64,000 nucleotides of DNA. Origin: the human T2T-CHM13v2.0 reference genome, Homo sapiens. The stretch lies in NCBI RefSeq assembly GCF_009914755.1, contig NC_060926.1; one strand, 5' to 3'. Below are positions 1 to 17,062 of the stretch, in pieces (the first letter of the stretch is position 1; the number at the start of each line of letters is the position of its first letter). The translations under genes were made by a program, and so were the position numbers. Under the pieces are notes generated by a model, which saw only the letters and a list, made by a program, of their open reading frames with translations, was not told the DNA's origin and made no database searches.

Positions 1-499
1 TAAATTTGTGCTTTAAAAAATGTAATGCTTTAAAACATACCTTAAAAATATGCAAAAGAAGAGAGGAAGAATACATTTAAGGCTGATCAACACATCATCC
101 CAAAGAACTAAGTTTATTTCCTAGATTTTTAAAATTAAATACCCAAGAATTTACACTATAGTTTCTTTTAAATACTATTAGTTTTGTATATATTCATATA
201 AGAGTCAAAAGAGAATGAAAGACTACACACTGAGCTTAAATTAGCTCCCTACAGAGGCAAAATCTGAGATTTCGAAAACACTGTAAAATTTAACTTTACT
301 TACTTTTTGTATCGTCTGAATTTTTACAAAAAGTACCTATCAGTTTTGTAACAAATAATAAAATTTAATTTAAAAATCATTTTAAAAGGTAACTATTAAG
401 AAATCAGCAGTTTGCGGAGAATCTAGGACACTGTGATTTGTAAATCTGACTCTACAATTTAGTTTCTTCACACGGGACCACTCTACTCCAAGCCATCCT

Positions 500-685
500 A
501 AGCCTGCCACTTAATCAGTTGTGAGACCATGGGCAAGATCTCTAACCTCTTTGCACTAGTAACATCGTTATCTTTAAAATGAGGATGATAACAGCACCTA
601 CCTCCGAGGGTTGTAGTGAGGCCTGAACAGGGCAATTTGAATGAAACACCTAGCACAGTGCCTACTGCATAGTCCCCACTCAGGA
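500..685 (+). mobile_element. MIR SINE fragment
   Basis: MIR core-like sequence: gggcaagatctctaacctct...aaaatgaggatgataacagcacctacctccgagggttgt...ctagcacagtgcct. Confidence 0.7.
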
Positions 686-968
686 AGAATTAAGGGGTGG
701 TTGCTGACATTTGTACTACTAACATACTGGAAGAAGAAAGGTAAGGAAAGCGTAAAAAGCCCAACAGAAGCCTGGCCACAGTACTTCCTCCCTTAATAGC
801 TGATTCATACCTAGAAACAAAAATAACACACTGGTTTTGATGGCAATTCAAATTTCTCTAGGTTACTGAATTTTCAAATAGCAAGTGACTCTACCAAAAA
901 AACATAATTAAGATCTCTACCCAAAGAATGCTCGCTCTTCCCTTGCTTTTCTTGTCTTGCCAAACTCA

Positions 969-1169
<201 letters not shown>

Positions 1170-1650
1170 TTAGCAACTTAGGAAAAGAAAAACAAATAGG
1201 TTAACTATTCCCAGACAATAACATATATTTACTAAACATAGCTTTGAATCTTGAAGCAAAACAAGCCTCTGAAAAGCCAAAATAGCTATAAACAAGGCCT
1301 CTTTGATTCCCTGTTTTCAAACTTGGCTGATAACCAGAAACTCCCTGTTTCTCAACTCCTCATGTGCTCACACTCCTCAGTTTAAAATTCATGGTAGATC
1401 ATTACCCTCCCACAACAATCTTGGCTTTCTCTCACTTCAACTTAAATATCTGGCAAAACCACAACCTGGGTCAAATCCAATTTTTCCCCTACTTCTAAGC
1501 CTATACATGTGCAGCCAAAAAGTGGCTAAGGGAAAAAAAAACAAAAAAACATGTCAACTGGTCTCATTTTAAATTAATGATCACTCACCTTAAGTAAGCC
1601 TTCAATACTGCCCACCCACCAACCTGTATTTCTCTATCCATTCACTTTTC

Positions 1651-1830
1651 CTCCTCAACCTCAGCATTATTGACATTTTGGACAGGATGATTCTTTCTTA
1701 TGAGAGGTCATCCAGTGCCTAGTGGGACATTTAGCAGCATCCATGGGCTCCACTCATTAGATGCCAGTAGCACACCCTCCTAACTCTCATAATTCCATCC
1801 AGTTAATGACAACCAAAAACAGCTCCAAGG
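1651..1830 (+). mobile_element. MER20 (hAT-Charlie) fragment
   Basis: ctcaacctcagcattattgacattttgg...tttagcagcatcc...agatgccagtagcac...gacaaccaaaaa. Confidence 0.7.
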
Positions 1831-1902
1831 ACTGATTCATTTTCACTAGGCTTCTGGGGCTTGACTTCCCCTGGTTTTCCTCTTCTCTTTCTCTCTCCTT
1901 AG

Positions 1903-3016
1903 TATTGGGGGAAATTCAGCCAGATATTGGGCAAAATTCACCCCCGATATTTCACTTAGGTTCTTTTCCATATTCCCTAAGTGTCAGCTGGTCTGAGAAA
2001 TAAAGGGACAGAGTACAAAAGAGAGAAATTTTAAAGCTGGGTGTCCGGGGAAGACATCACATGTCGGCAGGTTCCATGATGCCCCCTAAGCCGTAAAACC
2101 AGCAAGTTTTTATTAGTGATTTTCAAAAGGGGAGGGAGTGTACAAATAGGGTGTGGGTCACAGAGATCATGTGCTTCACAAGGTAATAGAATATCACAAG
2201 GCAAATGGAGGCAGGGTGAGATCACAGGACCACAGGACCACAGGACCGGGGCGAAATTAAAATTGCTAATGAAGTTTCCAGCACGCATTGCATTGATAAT
2301 ATCTTATCAGGAGACAGGCTTTGAGAGCAGACAACCGGTCTGACCAAAAATTATTAGGCGGGAATTTTCTCATCCTAATAAGCCTGGGAGCACTATGGGA
2401 GACTGGGGCTTATTTCATCCCTACAGCTGCAACCACAAAAGATGGCCGCCCCCCGAAGTGGCCATTTTAGAGGCCTACCCTCAGGGATGCATTCTCTTTC
2501 TCAGGGATGTTCCTTGCTGAGAAAAAGAATTCAGAGATATTTCTCCCATTTGCTTTTGAAAAAATATGGCTCTGTTCCGCCCGGCTCACCGGTGGTCAGA
2601 GTTTAAGGTTATCTCTCTTGTTCCCTGAACATTGCTGTTATCCTGTTCCTTTTTCATGGTGCCCAGATTTCATATTGTTCAAACACACATGCTCTACAAA
2701 CAATTTGTGCAGTTAATGCAATCATCACAGGGTCCTGAGGCGACATACATCCTCCTCAGCTCACAAAGATGATGGGACTAAGAGATTAAAGTAAAGACAG
2801 GCATAGGAAATCACAAGGATATTGATTGGGGAAGTGATAAGTGTCCATGAAATCATCACAATTTATGTTCAGAGATTGCAGTAAAGACAGGCGTAAGAAA
2901 TTATAAAAGTATTAATTTGGGGAACTAATAAATGTCTATGAAATCTTCACAATTTATGTTCTTCTGCCGTGGCTTCAGCCGGTCCCTCCGTTCAGGGTTC
3001 CTGACTTCCCGCAACA
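1903..3016 (-). mobile_element. MER11 solo LTR (HERV-K11/HML-8)
   Basis: Minus strand starts TGTTGCGGGAAGTCAGG; 1114 bp; perfect 6-bp TSD CCTTAG at 1897-1902 and 3017-3022; AATAAA (minus) at 2109-2114. Confidence 0.9.
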
Positions 3017-3139
3017 CCTTAGACTTCTCTTTTTCATCTAAATTCATGCCCTTGGTGGTGTCATCCCTTATCATGGCAATACATATCATCCATATGGTGA
3101 CCCCTCCCACATACACAAAGACACATACACCCCACATAT

Positions 3140-4102
3140 CTAAGCCTTGAACTCCATATTCACATTGTCAACTGCCTACCTGACACCTCCACTTTGAGAA
3201 CTAGCAGGCATCTCAAACTCAACATGTCCAAAACTGAGTTCCCAATCACTCCCCTCCATCTACCCCATCTCAGTTAAAGACAACTTCACGCCTTACAGAT
3301 AATCAGACCAAAAATACTGAAGGCATCCTTGATTATTCTCTTTCTCATATGTCCCATATTAGATCCATTAGTAGAGCTTATTTCTCTATCTTCAAAGTAT
3401 AATTGACAACTCCTCCCCCTTCTACTGCTATCACCTTGGTCTAAGTCACTTCAACTCTTGACGGGTTATTGCCCTTGCTCCCCTTCAATCTAATCCCCAC
3501 AGCAGCCCGAGTGATCTGGTCAAAACATAATGAAGATCACGGCACTCCTCTAATCAAACACTCTGATTGTCTTAGATTTCAGTCAAGTAAAAGCCAAACT
3601 CCATATACTGGCCTACAAGTCAATTTACAAGCTGTCTCCCCACATCAGAATCCCGTACCTGCCTACTTATTACACTCCAGCCACGCTGGCCTTGTGGCTT
3701 CCACACAGCAGGCACATGCCTGCCTCATGGCCTCACTGTGCCCTCTGCATGGAATATCCTTCCCTAAGATATCCACTTGGTTCACTCCTACATCTCCTTA
3801 ACATCTTAGTTCAGAGATCAGACTTCCCCTGACCACCTGATATAAAATCACCCTCTCCTCCATCCTAACCACCAGGACTACACACACTCCTCCTTTCCCC
3901 GGCTTATTTCTTCCATAGCAATTATACTTCGTAACATACCACATAATATACTCATTGATTTTGTTGATATATTCCCCACCAACCACTAAAATGTAAATTC
4001 CATGAAGACAGTGATTTATGTCCACTTTGTTCATTGCAATATGACACCTAAATCAATATACAGTAGGCATTCAATAAATAGCTGTTGAAAAATGAACGAA
4101 TC
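3140..4102 (+). mobile_element. L2 LINE 3' part (L2a-like)
   Basis: ctcaaactcaacatgtccaaaactgag... ending in caataaatagctgttgaaaaatgaacgaat, typical of an L2 3' end. Confidence 0.75.
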
Positions 4103-4319
4103 TATGTGATCATTTCAAGGACCTTCAAAATGTGGTCCCAACTATTCACGTTCTGTTAAAGGAATAAAAATCAGGGCCTTAAGAAGGACCTCAGAAATTT
4201 TCTGATTCAAATTCTTTTTCAAAATAGGAAACTTGGCCCCAAGCATGTTAATTAATTTGTCTAAAGTCAGGGGCAGGGTTTTGAAAGAACCACAGGCCAG
4301 TGCTCTCTCTCTCTTAAAG

Positions 4320-4599
4320 CAGTGCTATTCAAAGTATAGTTTGGAGACTCTTGCTGCTCTGCAATGAGATAAGAGGAAAAAGAAAAACAACAAAAAAAGG
4401 AAGGAAGGAAGGGAGAGAGGGAGGGGGAAAATCTAATTTTTAAAAAAGTAAAAATGTTTGCAATTTAAAAAAGTAAAAATGTTTGTATGACATTGCTACA
4501 GCTTTTACTGTATTTTATAAAAATATTGATCTACATTAGACTGAAAATTAAAAACAAGCACCTACACTGGTTTTTTGCTACAGACACTGAGAAGCACTG
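4320..4599. mobile_element. hAT-Charlie-type MITE with an internal simple repeat and a 22-bp tandem duplication (4439-4485)
   Basis: Imperfect terminal inverted repeats cagtgctattcaaagt ... acactgagaagcactg. Confidence 0.45.
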
Positions 4600-5442
4600 C
4601 CCTAGACTACACTGCCAGGTAAATTCAGAAGTACCAAATTTTAATCCTAAAGTAGTGCTAAACAGGAATAACACATCTATTCAAAATAAGCTTATGTTTC
4701 TTAGTTTTACCATCATCACCAGCCAGTACAATGTTAGGAACAGTAATCATTTTAGCAGCTTATAAACCCAGTAAAAGAAACAAGATGACACCCACTGGAA
4801 AACTGCATTGCTGAAACATACTCTAAAAATGCAAGGATTTTTAATTCATATGTGGAACAATGTGTGTACTGAGAAAACAAACTAATGAGACAATATGCAG
4901 ATTTACTGTGGAAGTAAGTTCTAAACTTCAGACCTCACCATTATCTCTAAAATGAATCTGAATCAACAAACCTGAGGCAATTAACACTCTCACTTACTTT
5001 AAAAACAACAACAAAAAAAAGGAGAGTGAATGAGAAACAATGTTAACTGCAGGTAACTGAAAAACACTGTAACTACCTCTGGATTTAAATATTTAGGCAA
5101 ACTATCACCTTATTTAGAATATAGAGACAGTTCTGAATAGTGCTTACACCATGGGCAATGGTTCTTACAAAAAAGCTCACAGCTTAAAATGTCACATAAT
5201 CATATAATATTTGGCAAACAGAAAAAATTATATATAATAAATTTATGTGGAGAATTTGGGTTAATCAAACATTTGATTATATGCTAATCATATTAATATA
5301 TAACAAAAAACAGGCTGGATATAACATCAACTGGGAAGGGGATAATAGAATGCACTTCAAATCTTGGATGAAGATCTACTTTCCTTAGAATGTATATAAG
5401 GGAAGTGGCATACATAAGATTATTTAGCTATCAGAATAAACA

Positions 5443-5734
5443 TTTTTTTTTGAGACAGGGTCTCACTCTGTCACCCAAGCTGGAGTAAGTGGTTCAATCA
5501 TGACTCACTGCAGCCTCAACCTCCTGGACTCAAGTGATCCTTCCACCTCAGCCTCCTGAGTAGCTGGGACCACAGGCATGCACCACCACACCCAGCTAAT
5601 TTTTCTGTTTTTTTTGTAGAGATGGAATCCCACCATGTTGCCCAGGCTGGTCTCAAACTCCTGGGTTCTAGCAATCCTGCTGCTCTGGCTCCCTAGAGTG
5701 CTAGGATTACAGGTGTGGGCTACCACATCCTGCC
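5443..5734 (-). mobile_element. Alu (AluJ-like)
   Basis: Diverged dimeric Alu in reverse orientation. Confidence 0.9.
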
Positions 5735-5929
5735 ATTTTTACAAGGAACAAAGTTTCATGGTTTTATGGGTGTTTCATTTTTTGATATTGGATTTTTTTT
5801 TTTACAGTAATAGAGGAATGGAAGAAGAAAAAGAAGGTCCACTGCAACACATTCGTGTGCTCAGTTATTTCAGAAAAAAAAAAAACAAAAAACAAAAAAC
5901 AAAAAGCAAAAGGACCATTTTACATGAAA

Positions 5930-6146
5930 CAATCTGCTAACTGCAGTCTATAGGATTTGGCCCACTACCTGGTTTTGTAAATTAAGTTTTATTGGAACGC
6001 ACCCAGGCCCATTCATTGACAATATTTTCTATGGCTGCTTTTGCTGTTAAAATACTTTTGAGTAGTTGTAACACAGACTGTATGACCCACTAAACCTAAT
6101 ATGTTTACAATCTGGCCTTTTGCAGAATATGTTTACTGACCTCTGC
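5930..6146. mobile_element. MER58A-like DNA transposon
   Basis: ggttttgtaaattaagttttattggaac...ctggcctttgcagaatatgtttactgacctctg. Confidence 0.7.
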
Positions 6147-7309
6147 TCTAGATTACCAAAATACTGAAGAATTGACATGACAATTCTTTTAATTACAGAA
6201 AAATCATTAACCTTAAATTACCAAAAAAAAAAAAAAAAAAATTGACTGCTTTTATCTTGCCATATCTCCTTTAATAATAAAAAAAGGGATACTTTGGGTT
6301 AAGACACGTGGTTATACTCTAATTGATTTGATAGTATTCCCTTTTAAAAAAATTCTGTGCATCTACTATGGTGGAAGAATAAATCTGTTCCAATGTTTTA
6401 AAGTTCAATTTAGCAGTAGCTATTAAAATTGTAAATACACAGACCATATAACATCCAATTTTACTTTTAGGTATCTATTTTATAGAAATATGGATTGTAT
6501 ATATATTATATGCTGGATAACGTTATATAAATATATATAATTCTATATAATAAATACTACAAAACACATATTATATAAATATGTTTGCATGCACAAGAAA
6601 AATATCTGAAAGGATACATGCCAACTTGTTAACAGAAGGAGTTCCTGGGGAGTAGAAAGGTAGGAAAAAGGAAAGAAGATTCTTATGTGGCATTTTATTA
6701 TAGAATTGCATCACAGATATATTTATTTACACTTAAACAAAATCTATGAAAAGAACAGGAAAGAGTATGAGAGAATGAATATAAATAAATGACAACAAAT
6801 TAAAACACTTCAGGCAATTCTGCCTGCTAGTCCCAGGCCATCATCCCAGAGAAAGTATAAGATGAAAAAAGTCAGTGGGCGGGTTCTTCCCTTGTCTCAG
6901 TATCCATGAGCCTCTCTGGGTTTGAGCATTTCTCCACACTGAATATGGATTCTGTGTTTAACAATACGGTTTTTTGTCTGTTTGTACAAAACCTAAACAC
7001 AAGAATCTAGTTGACCTAGTGCTTAGTCAAAGAAACGGTGATCTCTTTCAACACTGGAGGAAAATCATTAGTGTTGTATTTGCTGAAAGAAAGTGTATGG
7101 GCCTCCAAAACAATATACTCCTAGTAAGCATACAATATACTCCTTTGCAAGGTAAGTTTAAACACAATTTTTATGTTATAGGCTGACAATAGCAACTAAC
7201 CTCCTCCTGAGATACAACCCCATTGCTGTACAGTATATTTTTCTGCAACAATCATGTGTTATTTTTGAGATATTAAAAATAAAAAAATAGTTAATTTGTT
7301 ATATCTCTA

Positions 7310-7498
<189 letters not shown>

Positions 7499-8970
7499 CT
7501 AAACTTTTGAACAATAATTCAACTTGATCACAAAAAAAAAATTCTTTAATGCACGCGCTATCCTGTGATCACGGCAAACCTAAATGCCACCTTTTAAATA
7601 AGACACAGTGACCACAGAAATAAGAAAAACAGACAAGACATTGTTCCATTCTCCAGGATCCTCTCTTTATCAAGAACCACGATCTTGTAGTTTTTTCCTG
7701 AACTGAGGGGAAAAAAAGCAATGTTTATCATTTTTATTTCCTAGAAAAAAACTGGGGCTCAAAGATAAATGGTTAAAATTAAATCCAGGGACTGAAAACA
7801 AAATGTCACCCCTATTAACAATGTTTACTAAACAGCCACGTTTCCCCACTTGACCCAAATTTTTAAAGCCTAATACCTTTAAATAGGTAAGCTAAGAGGC
7901 AAACTTTGTCAGGAATACAAGTAAAAATCACTCAGCAACTCATTCTCTAGTAAGAACAACATATTAAATGTTAAGTCATAGGATAAAACTTATCTAAAAT
8001 ATAATACAAAATCACTTAATCTCTTCTGATATGAACTCATGTATAAAAGACACAGGGAAAATAAAACAAATAGGAAAGTAGACAAGACAGGAAAAAGCTT
8101 GTTAGGAAAAAAAAAAAAAAAAAACCCTAGGTTATTGCAGCAACCTACCTAAAAGAGAAATTGAGAAATCTAAATAGTTACTACAACCAGCTCCCCACAT
8201 TTCAAAACACAGTAGGAGGAACATAGATGACTTAAAATTTTGGGCTACCTTCTAAATGTCCATTAATACTAACAACCTGACTTCTCTGTGGCCCATCCCT
8301 GGCCCTTTCAAAGTAGCCAGGCCTTCTACCTATCATTGTGGTAGCCCATGAAGCTAGCCCAAGAAAAGAACATAAGGAGTAATCTCTATTGAACAACAAA
8401 AAAAGAACACCTGTCACATATTTGCCCAGAGTCCACTCCATGCTTTCTGCCTTAAATCACTGCCTCATACCCACCTAAGTCCTGACCTCACATTACATAA
8501 CTGAAAGAGCAACAACATCTGCTTCTGGAGGAAGTATATGGAATCCCTTACACCTCTAGGGAGAAGACAGGCCCAGATTTAGCCCTTACCACCTGGATAA
8601 TATTTGGTACACACAAAGAACTGCTACGTAACAGGCAGCTTTCTCATACTAGACTGTGCTCAACAAGGGGCCATGGGCTTTGCAGGTCAAGTTCTGGCAC
8701 ATCAGTCACAGCTAAGCATCTGACTCTAGGCCAGTGGACACAGCAGGGATTTATGGCCTGAGACCCTGTCCCTACTGAGCTGTGCAGCACAGCCCACCCT
8801 TGCCAGTGCTGCATTCGAGACCCATTCTTGCCCTTGGCTTCCACTTCTCCCAGCTGAACACCTACAACCATGGTATTTGTGTAGAAGCTACACCCTTTCC
8901 TACCCTGCTACAATTTCTGACTAGTGGAATTGGCTTTACCAGTCCCTCCCATTGCATCTTCAACAAATGC

Positions 8971-9000
8971 TCATATCATATCATATCATATCATACCATA
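8971..9000 (+). repeat. (TCATA)n microsatellite
   Basis: tcatatcatatcatatcatatcataccata. Confidence 0.85.
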
Positions 9001-11095
9001 TGTTTTCAGACCAGAAGGTAGAAGATTTGATTATAAGATCAGATGTTATGATCAGGATATCTGGAGTCCCTACTTGTTAACATAAAATACTTTTTGTAGG
9101 TAAAGTTTGGTTCTGCACAAGTACTCTTATACTCACTAACTTAACAAAGATCAGACAATTCACTTCTCCTTCCACAGGAGCAGAAGTCACCCTGAGAAAA
9201 GGCAGGTCTGTCTGTGTCCCTAAAGCACAGCTCCAATAACAGACCAACGAAGATCTCTGCTTTCTCGTAGTAACTCCAGATCTCCTGGATCAATTCTATG
9301 GAGCTCAAGATTTTACAACATCAGATCTTTGGTGCTCATAAAAAGTGTATCAGAAGTGTGATAAACAGCAGCTTACCTCCCAATCCCCTAGCCTTTTAGT
9401 GTTACTCAGCCTGTGCAATGCCCCTGAGAGCCTGCAGCATCTAATTAACTAAATCTTGGGAAACCTCTAATGCACAGGTGTAGATGTGTGTGCGCTCATG
9501 CATGTGTGATCTCCCCATCTACACACCAGGCCTGGGCTCATACAGACCCACTTCTAGATAAGCTGGAACTAACAGACTATTATCGTCTTACAGGCAAATC
9601 CAAGAAATGTATTCAATGGCAAGGAAGTGAAATTCCTGATCACATTCCATCCTGACAATAAACCTGTATGATGCCAGACAAGGTTATCATCTGGTACTGA
9701 AATGTGAGTTCGTTCATTGATTCAATCAACATTTGAGGAGCACCCATACCAAGCCATAATGTCAGGTGTCAAGGATAAAGTGATGAATGACAGTGTCTCA
9801 GCCCTCAAATAATTCACAATCTATCTGAACTCATATAAAAGTGGGCCATAACTGCGTGGTGTGTGAAGTACTATAATAAAAAAAAAAAAAAGCCTTGGGC
9901 ATTTGGGGTGGATAAACTCCCCACACCTATTCAAGGTAGAGAAGTCTATGAATGTGTAAGAGGTGGGGAGGGTGACAAAGCCACCAAATTACTACAGTAA
10001 GTGACTTCCTAAAGTGAAATTTAGAACACAAGGCATACATTGGTGGCCAAACCATCTTGCAAATATCTCTTACCTTTCAATTAAAGATTTAATGTCCTCA
10101 ACTTTCTGAGAATTTCACTTACATTGATCCATATAAATTAACATTTAAATAAAACATTACACAGTCAAGAATTCCTATATCTTCACACGATATACATGAT
10201 TTATGAGTATACTGGGGGACTTTAAAAGGGATCTGAGATTAAGAAGAATAGAAGCTACAAACGCTTTCATGTGGGTATACAATAAACACCATCACACACT
10301 ACATTACTGAGTGCACACATATTCTTACTCTTTTCATCATGTTATTTTTAAGTGAAATTATCTAAGCTTAAATTTATTTCAAGACTATTTCAAGTACCAT
10401 CTAAATACTTTTCCCACTGCTAACTGTAAACTCCATGAGTGTCAGGACCATGTCTTACTCATCTTGTCTCCTATGGTATATGGTCAGTGCCTTACACACA
10501 GTAGGTCTATGGGAAACATTTCACTGAATTCCAGGACAAGAAACAGGGTCTCCAAAAGAAACACTTCTACCAAGCTAAACACCATAAGGTTCGTCTCTTT
10601 TTCGGTGAGTTGGAAAAAGTCAATCTTGAACTCCCACGTATCAGCAAAGAGGGAAAAGAACCCTATATCTATTTTTGTACATATAAAGATCATAGGTTTC
10701 CCTAAAATTCATATAGAGACTGCATGGAAGTTCGGCCCTAAAATGCTTCTGGCGGTCCCCAAAGCTACATTAATCTAGTACAAACGCCATGCTGACATTT
10801 TTTTAAATAAATAAAACCCAAAAGCAATAATACAAATTGAATCTTTACCTACATGAAAAAAGCAAGCATTCAGACAGAGTGAAACACACCATAGGCAGAG
10901 TTAAAGGCAATGACAGACCAGGGGAGTGTTTTCCTAACATTTAACAGACAAGGAATTAACGTGAGCAACATGAAGAGCCAACAAAAAGTGGAGCCCAAAG
11001 CCTAAGAGAAAAACTGATAAAGGCCATGAACAAGAAACACAATGGATGACAAACTGCAAATCCATATATGATGAGATGCCTAGCTTTACTAATAA

Positions 11096-11430
<335 letters not shown>

Positions 11431-12936
11431 TAAATATTAGAGCAGGAAAGGTGAGGTTGGCCACCAGGAAAAATTTCTGATGGCGAATGCTGTAGTTGCC
11501 ACATCCTAGGCCACCTCCTTCTTTCCAGATTCTTAGAAATTGTCCAGCTTAACCTTGGGACTGCGTCCCAGGAGCAGCTGAGAACATCATCGCAGGAATC
11601 AGACAGGCCTGGTCTTGAGTTTATGCTCTGCCTTCCAGCAGCCATGTAACCCAGAGCATACCTTTTGATCTCCCTTAGCCTTAGTCTTCCCATCTAGAAG
11701 TGGAATAACAGCTGCCCCTGGGAGGCTGTGATATTAATATGAAATTACTCCTTAAATTGGCACCAGGTAGCACAGTCTCTGGTACACTCCCAAAACTGGG
11801 TTTACAACCCTACATGAACACAAAGGCAAATCTATCCCTAAAAAGAGAGAAAAAATAGTTCATATTTTAAAATCAAATAAGTCTAGCCAAAAATGTTTTC
11901 TACATGTCCTTGTGTACATCTTATATGTTTATTTATAAACATACTAATCCATGTCTGCATATAATGTGCAGTATGCACAAATATACCTCTAAGTTTTTAA
12001 CATATAATACATTTGTAAAGGCGCAGCCCTCACTGTAAAACACGGACAATAATAGTATCTCCTTCATAGGCTGATGTGAGAATTAAATGAGTTAGTAATA
12101 TATAAAGCATTTAAAACAGATACAGCAAGTGTTATATCCCTAAGAGCTTTTTATTAGCGTTATTATTACCGATGCAGAATGAGCAGACCAAACTGCTTTG
12201 AGATGTTGACTGTGACAGGCTATCTGTCAGGTGCTAGGGATTCACAGGTGAACAAGACAGGCTCAGGCCCTACCCACATGAAGTTTCCTGCCCTGTAAAA
12301 GAGCTAAACATTGCACAAAAAAAAACAAAACTACCAACAGTACAAACTGTAATAAAGACAATGAAGGAAAGAGGCTGAGTAATCTGAGAGAGATGTGTTT
12401 TCAACAGGGGTGATAGATTTGTACCTGTCAGCCACATACTGGTCCTCTTTACCACAGATAGTAACACATCATTTATAAAATGGCTGGTGGGATGAATGAT
12501 GCAATCTATGGTCAAAGAGCACCTGCCCAGGAGAGACTCAAACCATGGGCCTTGTATGACCAGTACCATGCTCCTAACCAATAACCCAAGGCTCTATTCA
12601 TGAAATACTCAATACTCCTTCAACTCACCTCTCAAACTGTGTCCCTGGTAAACATTTATTCGTGCACGTACTCATGAATTTAACAAATGTACACTTATTA
12701 ACCATATGTATTATGCATATGTAAGACACAGGCTACTGCAGTCTACACCTACAGGACCTTATAATACAGCAGAGTAGCTAGCAGCCACTTACCCCTAAAC
12801 TCCAAACAACCCACTATTCAAATGTTAAATTATATATTCATTTAATATTGACTTACGAGTGAAGTTTAATAAGCTGTAAGTACCATATTTCATCAAATAT
12901 AAAACACCATTGATTTTTAAGAAGTACTATTAATTA

Positions 12937-13206
<270 letters not shown>

Positions 13207-13267
13207 TCAGTAATAAGACACATCCTAATGTAAGAAATGTTATAATGTAAAAAAATGTGGGTCTATG

Positions 13268-13675
<408 letters not shown>

Positions 13676-13964
13676 TCACTTTCTCATGGCTACACTGGTA
13701 CATCTGAATCAAGGCTATTTTGTATTTCTGAAATAAAGATTTGGTTATTACATGCAATGGCAACAGATGCTAATATCCACAACATCACTGTTGAGGATCT
13801 CATTTTCCAAACTACACTTTAAATGCATCTCTGATTCGAAAAACAGGCCTACGCACTTGGCAAACACGGGGAAAAGGAAGGCAACACCTTTGAGCAGGAT
13901 AGTCACCTTCTCAACACATCACTAAGACTGCCAAAAAAAAATCAGAGCTTCGAAAAAAGCTTAA

Positions 13965-14739
<775 letters not shown>

Positions 14740-16669
14740 TAACTCTAATCAATATTGCAACACTATGACCTTCAGCAAGTAATGTACCATAAGTTGAAAC
14801 TTAACAGAGGGAACAAAATTCCCTAACATCTGTAGCTCTATTAGCTTCACAGACTAAATAATTTCTGGTCCCTTTTTAAAAAAAAAGTTTGCAAGGTGAT
14901 GTTGTAGCTGCTATTTTTCTAGTGGGAGTGAAAATGGGCTCGGAAATGTGGCATGGGAAAGAGGAGTTAGAGTTTTGTGAATTTAGAGGTGTTTACACAT
15001 TAAGCATTGTTGTCTGTAACCCCTCTTAATATAGAATACATCTTGGTTTAAATCTCAGACCCGTAATAACAAGTTAATCACATGACTTGAATAATTCAAG
15101 CCCACTCCAGTAACAAAACTAAACCAGATGGTCACTCTAGGGCCAAATGATCCTGGGAGTCTAGGAAGAACACACTTCCAGTTCTGTGGGAAGAGGATTG
15201 AGAGGACTGCTAAGGGTGGAGTAAGGAACTAGATCTTTTAGACACTCTTCCTTTATTCTCTAGATTTTTCTAGACAGCAGACCTACCTGAGGCTAGGATC
15301 TTTCAGAACCTCAGACTAGCAAGACCACAGAAGCGAAAGACACAGGTGGGCAACTTCTTCCTAGGGTTTCCCACCACAGTGGCTGTGCTGCACATCTGAT
15401 CTTCTACATTCTAACCCACTATCTATTCAAATTAAGCTGGTTTAAAACCATATCCAATATACTTCATTCTTGGTGCTCAAACTTTATTGACCTGAGTGAT
15501 TACTGGGTATAATGAATTCTTTTTGTCCTTCTGCCTACAACACTCTCAAGAATCTCCAGAAAGCTTTACCAAACAAACCATTTCATACTTGCTAACGTTA
15601 TCTAGCCAGACCTTTGTCCTCAAGTGATTGGCAACTAAGTGTTAGCTATTGAGTGCACACTCATCAATGTACACTTTCAGAATGTAATCTTCTCAAGAAA
15701 GGAATTAAGTCTCATAAAATATTCAGTACAAGCAGAATTAAGAGCAAAGCGGAAAAAGAAAACTAACTTTGAGTGTTTGTTACATACGAGATGCTTTATA
15801 TAAATTGCTCCACTTATTCTGCAGTGAACCCAGATCATCCTGTACATCATCATTGCTAAAATGCACATTTTTTTTCACTTTTTAAAAAACCAGGATACAT
15901 GTGACAACCACTGGTGTGTCACAGTTTTAATAAGCAATCGTTCTTCATTGTTAGTGGTAAACAAAATAATGGTCCACCTTACAAGTGATGGTGCTTCAGG
16001 CCCCTTAAAATGTGTTAATATTTTCATGTGATTGGAAACACTGAAAAACAGATTAAGTGTCCAGGGTTATTACACAGACTGAAAAGGGACTAGCCAGACT
16101 TCAAACCCTGATGTGGCTGATTCCAAAGTTTCTTTCTACTATAACCTACCTGACAAGCACAGAGACTTTGAATATGGCAAGAATTTTCCATAGTCAGCGT
16201 GTCTCAAAGACTAGCAACCTTGGGTACTAAGTTTTCGGGAACGGATGTGTCCACAAATCGCCTGGTGGAGACACTGCAAATAAGCTGGTTTAGGTCCCAG
16301 CCAACCATAAGCTTCTAGTAGTCTATGCGGCTATGCCGACCCCACTCCGTGTGCAGAAACCATCTTTCCCTGACATACAATCCTGCAGAGGGGGAATTCG
16401 AAGTGCAGGACCTTTCCGTACTAGGGACAGCCTCATCCCCCAACTTCCTACTGAGACACTCTTCCTCTACCTCTCAACCCAGACCCTTACCTTCCCCACC
16501 AAGTTCACCTTGGACCTCTTCATCCCCAACTCCAAATAAGGCCAGTCTAGACGCCACCCCCATCCTGTCATTTGTCACCGCGGGGCCGAGAGCAAGCTCC
16601 CAAATTTGCAGGGCTCCCGGACCCGAATCCTGGCTCAGCCACCCAATATCTCCATCTGCCAGCGGCCTA

Positions 16670-17062
<393 letters not shown>

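Noticed and set aside
13835-13960. Possible snRNA/snoRNA pseudogene in intron 1
   Set aside because: No convincing match to recalled snRNA sequences and no clear C/D or H/ACA box arrangement.
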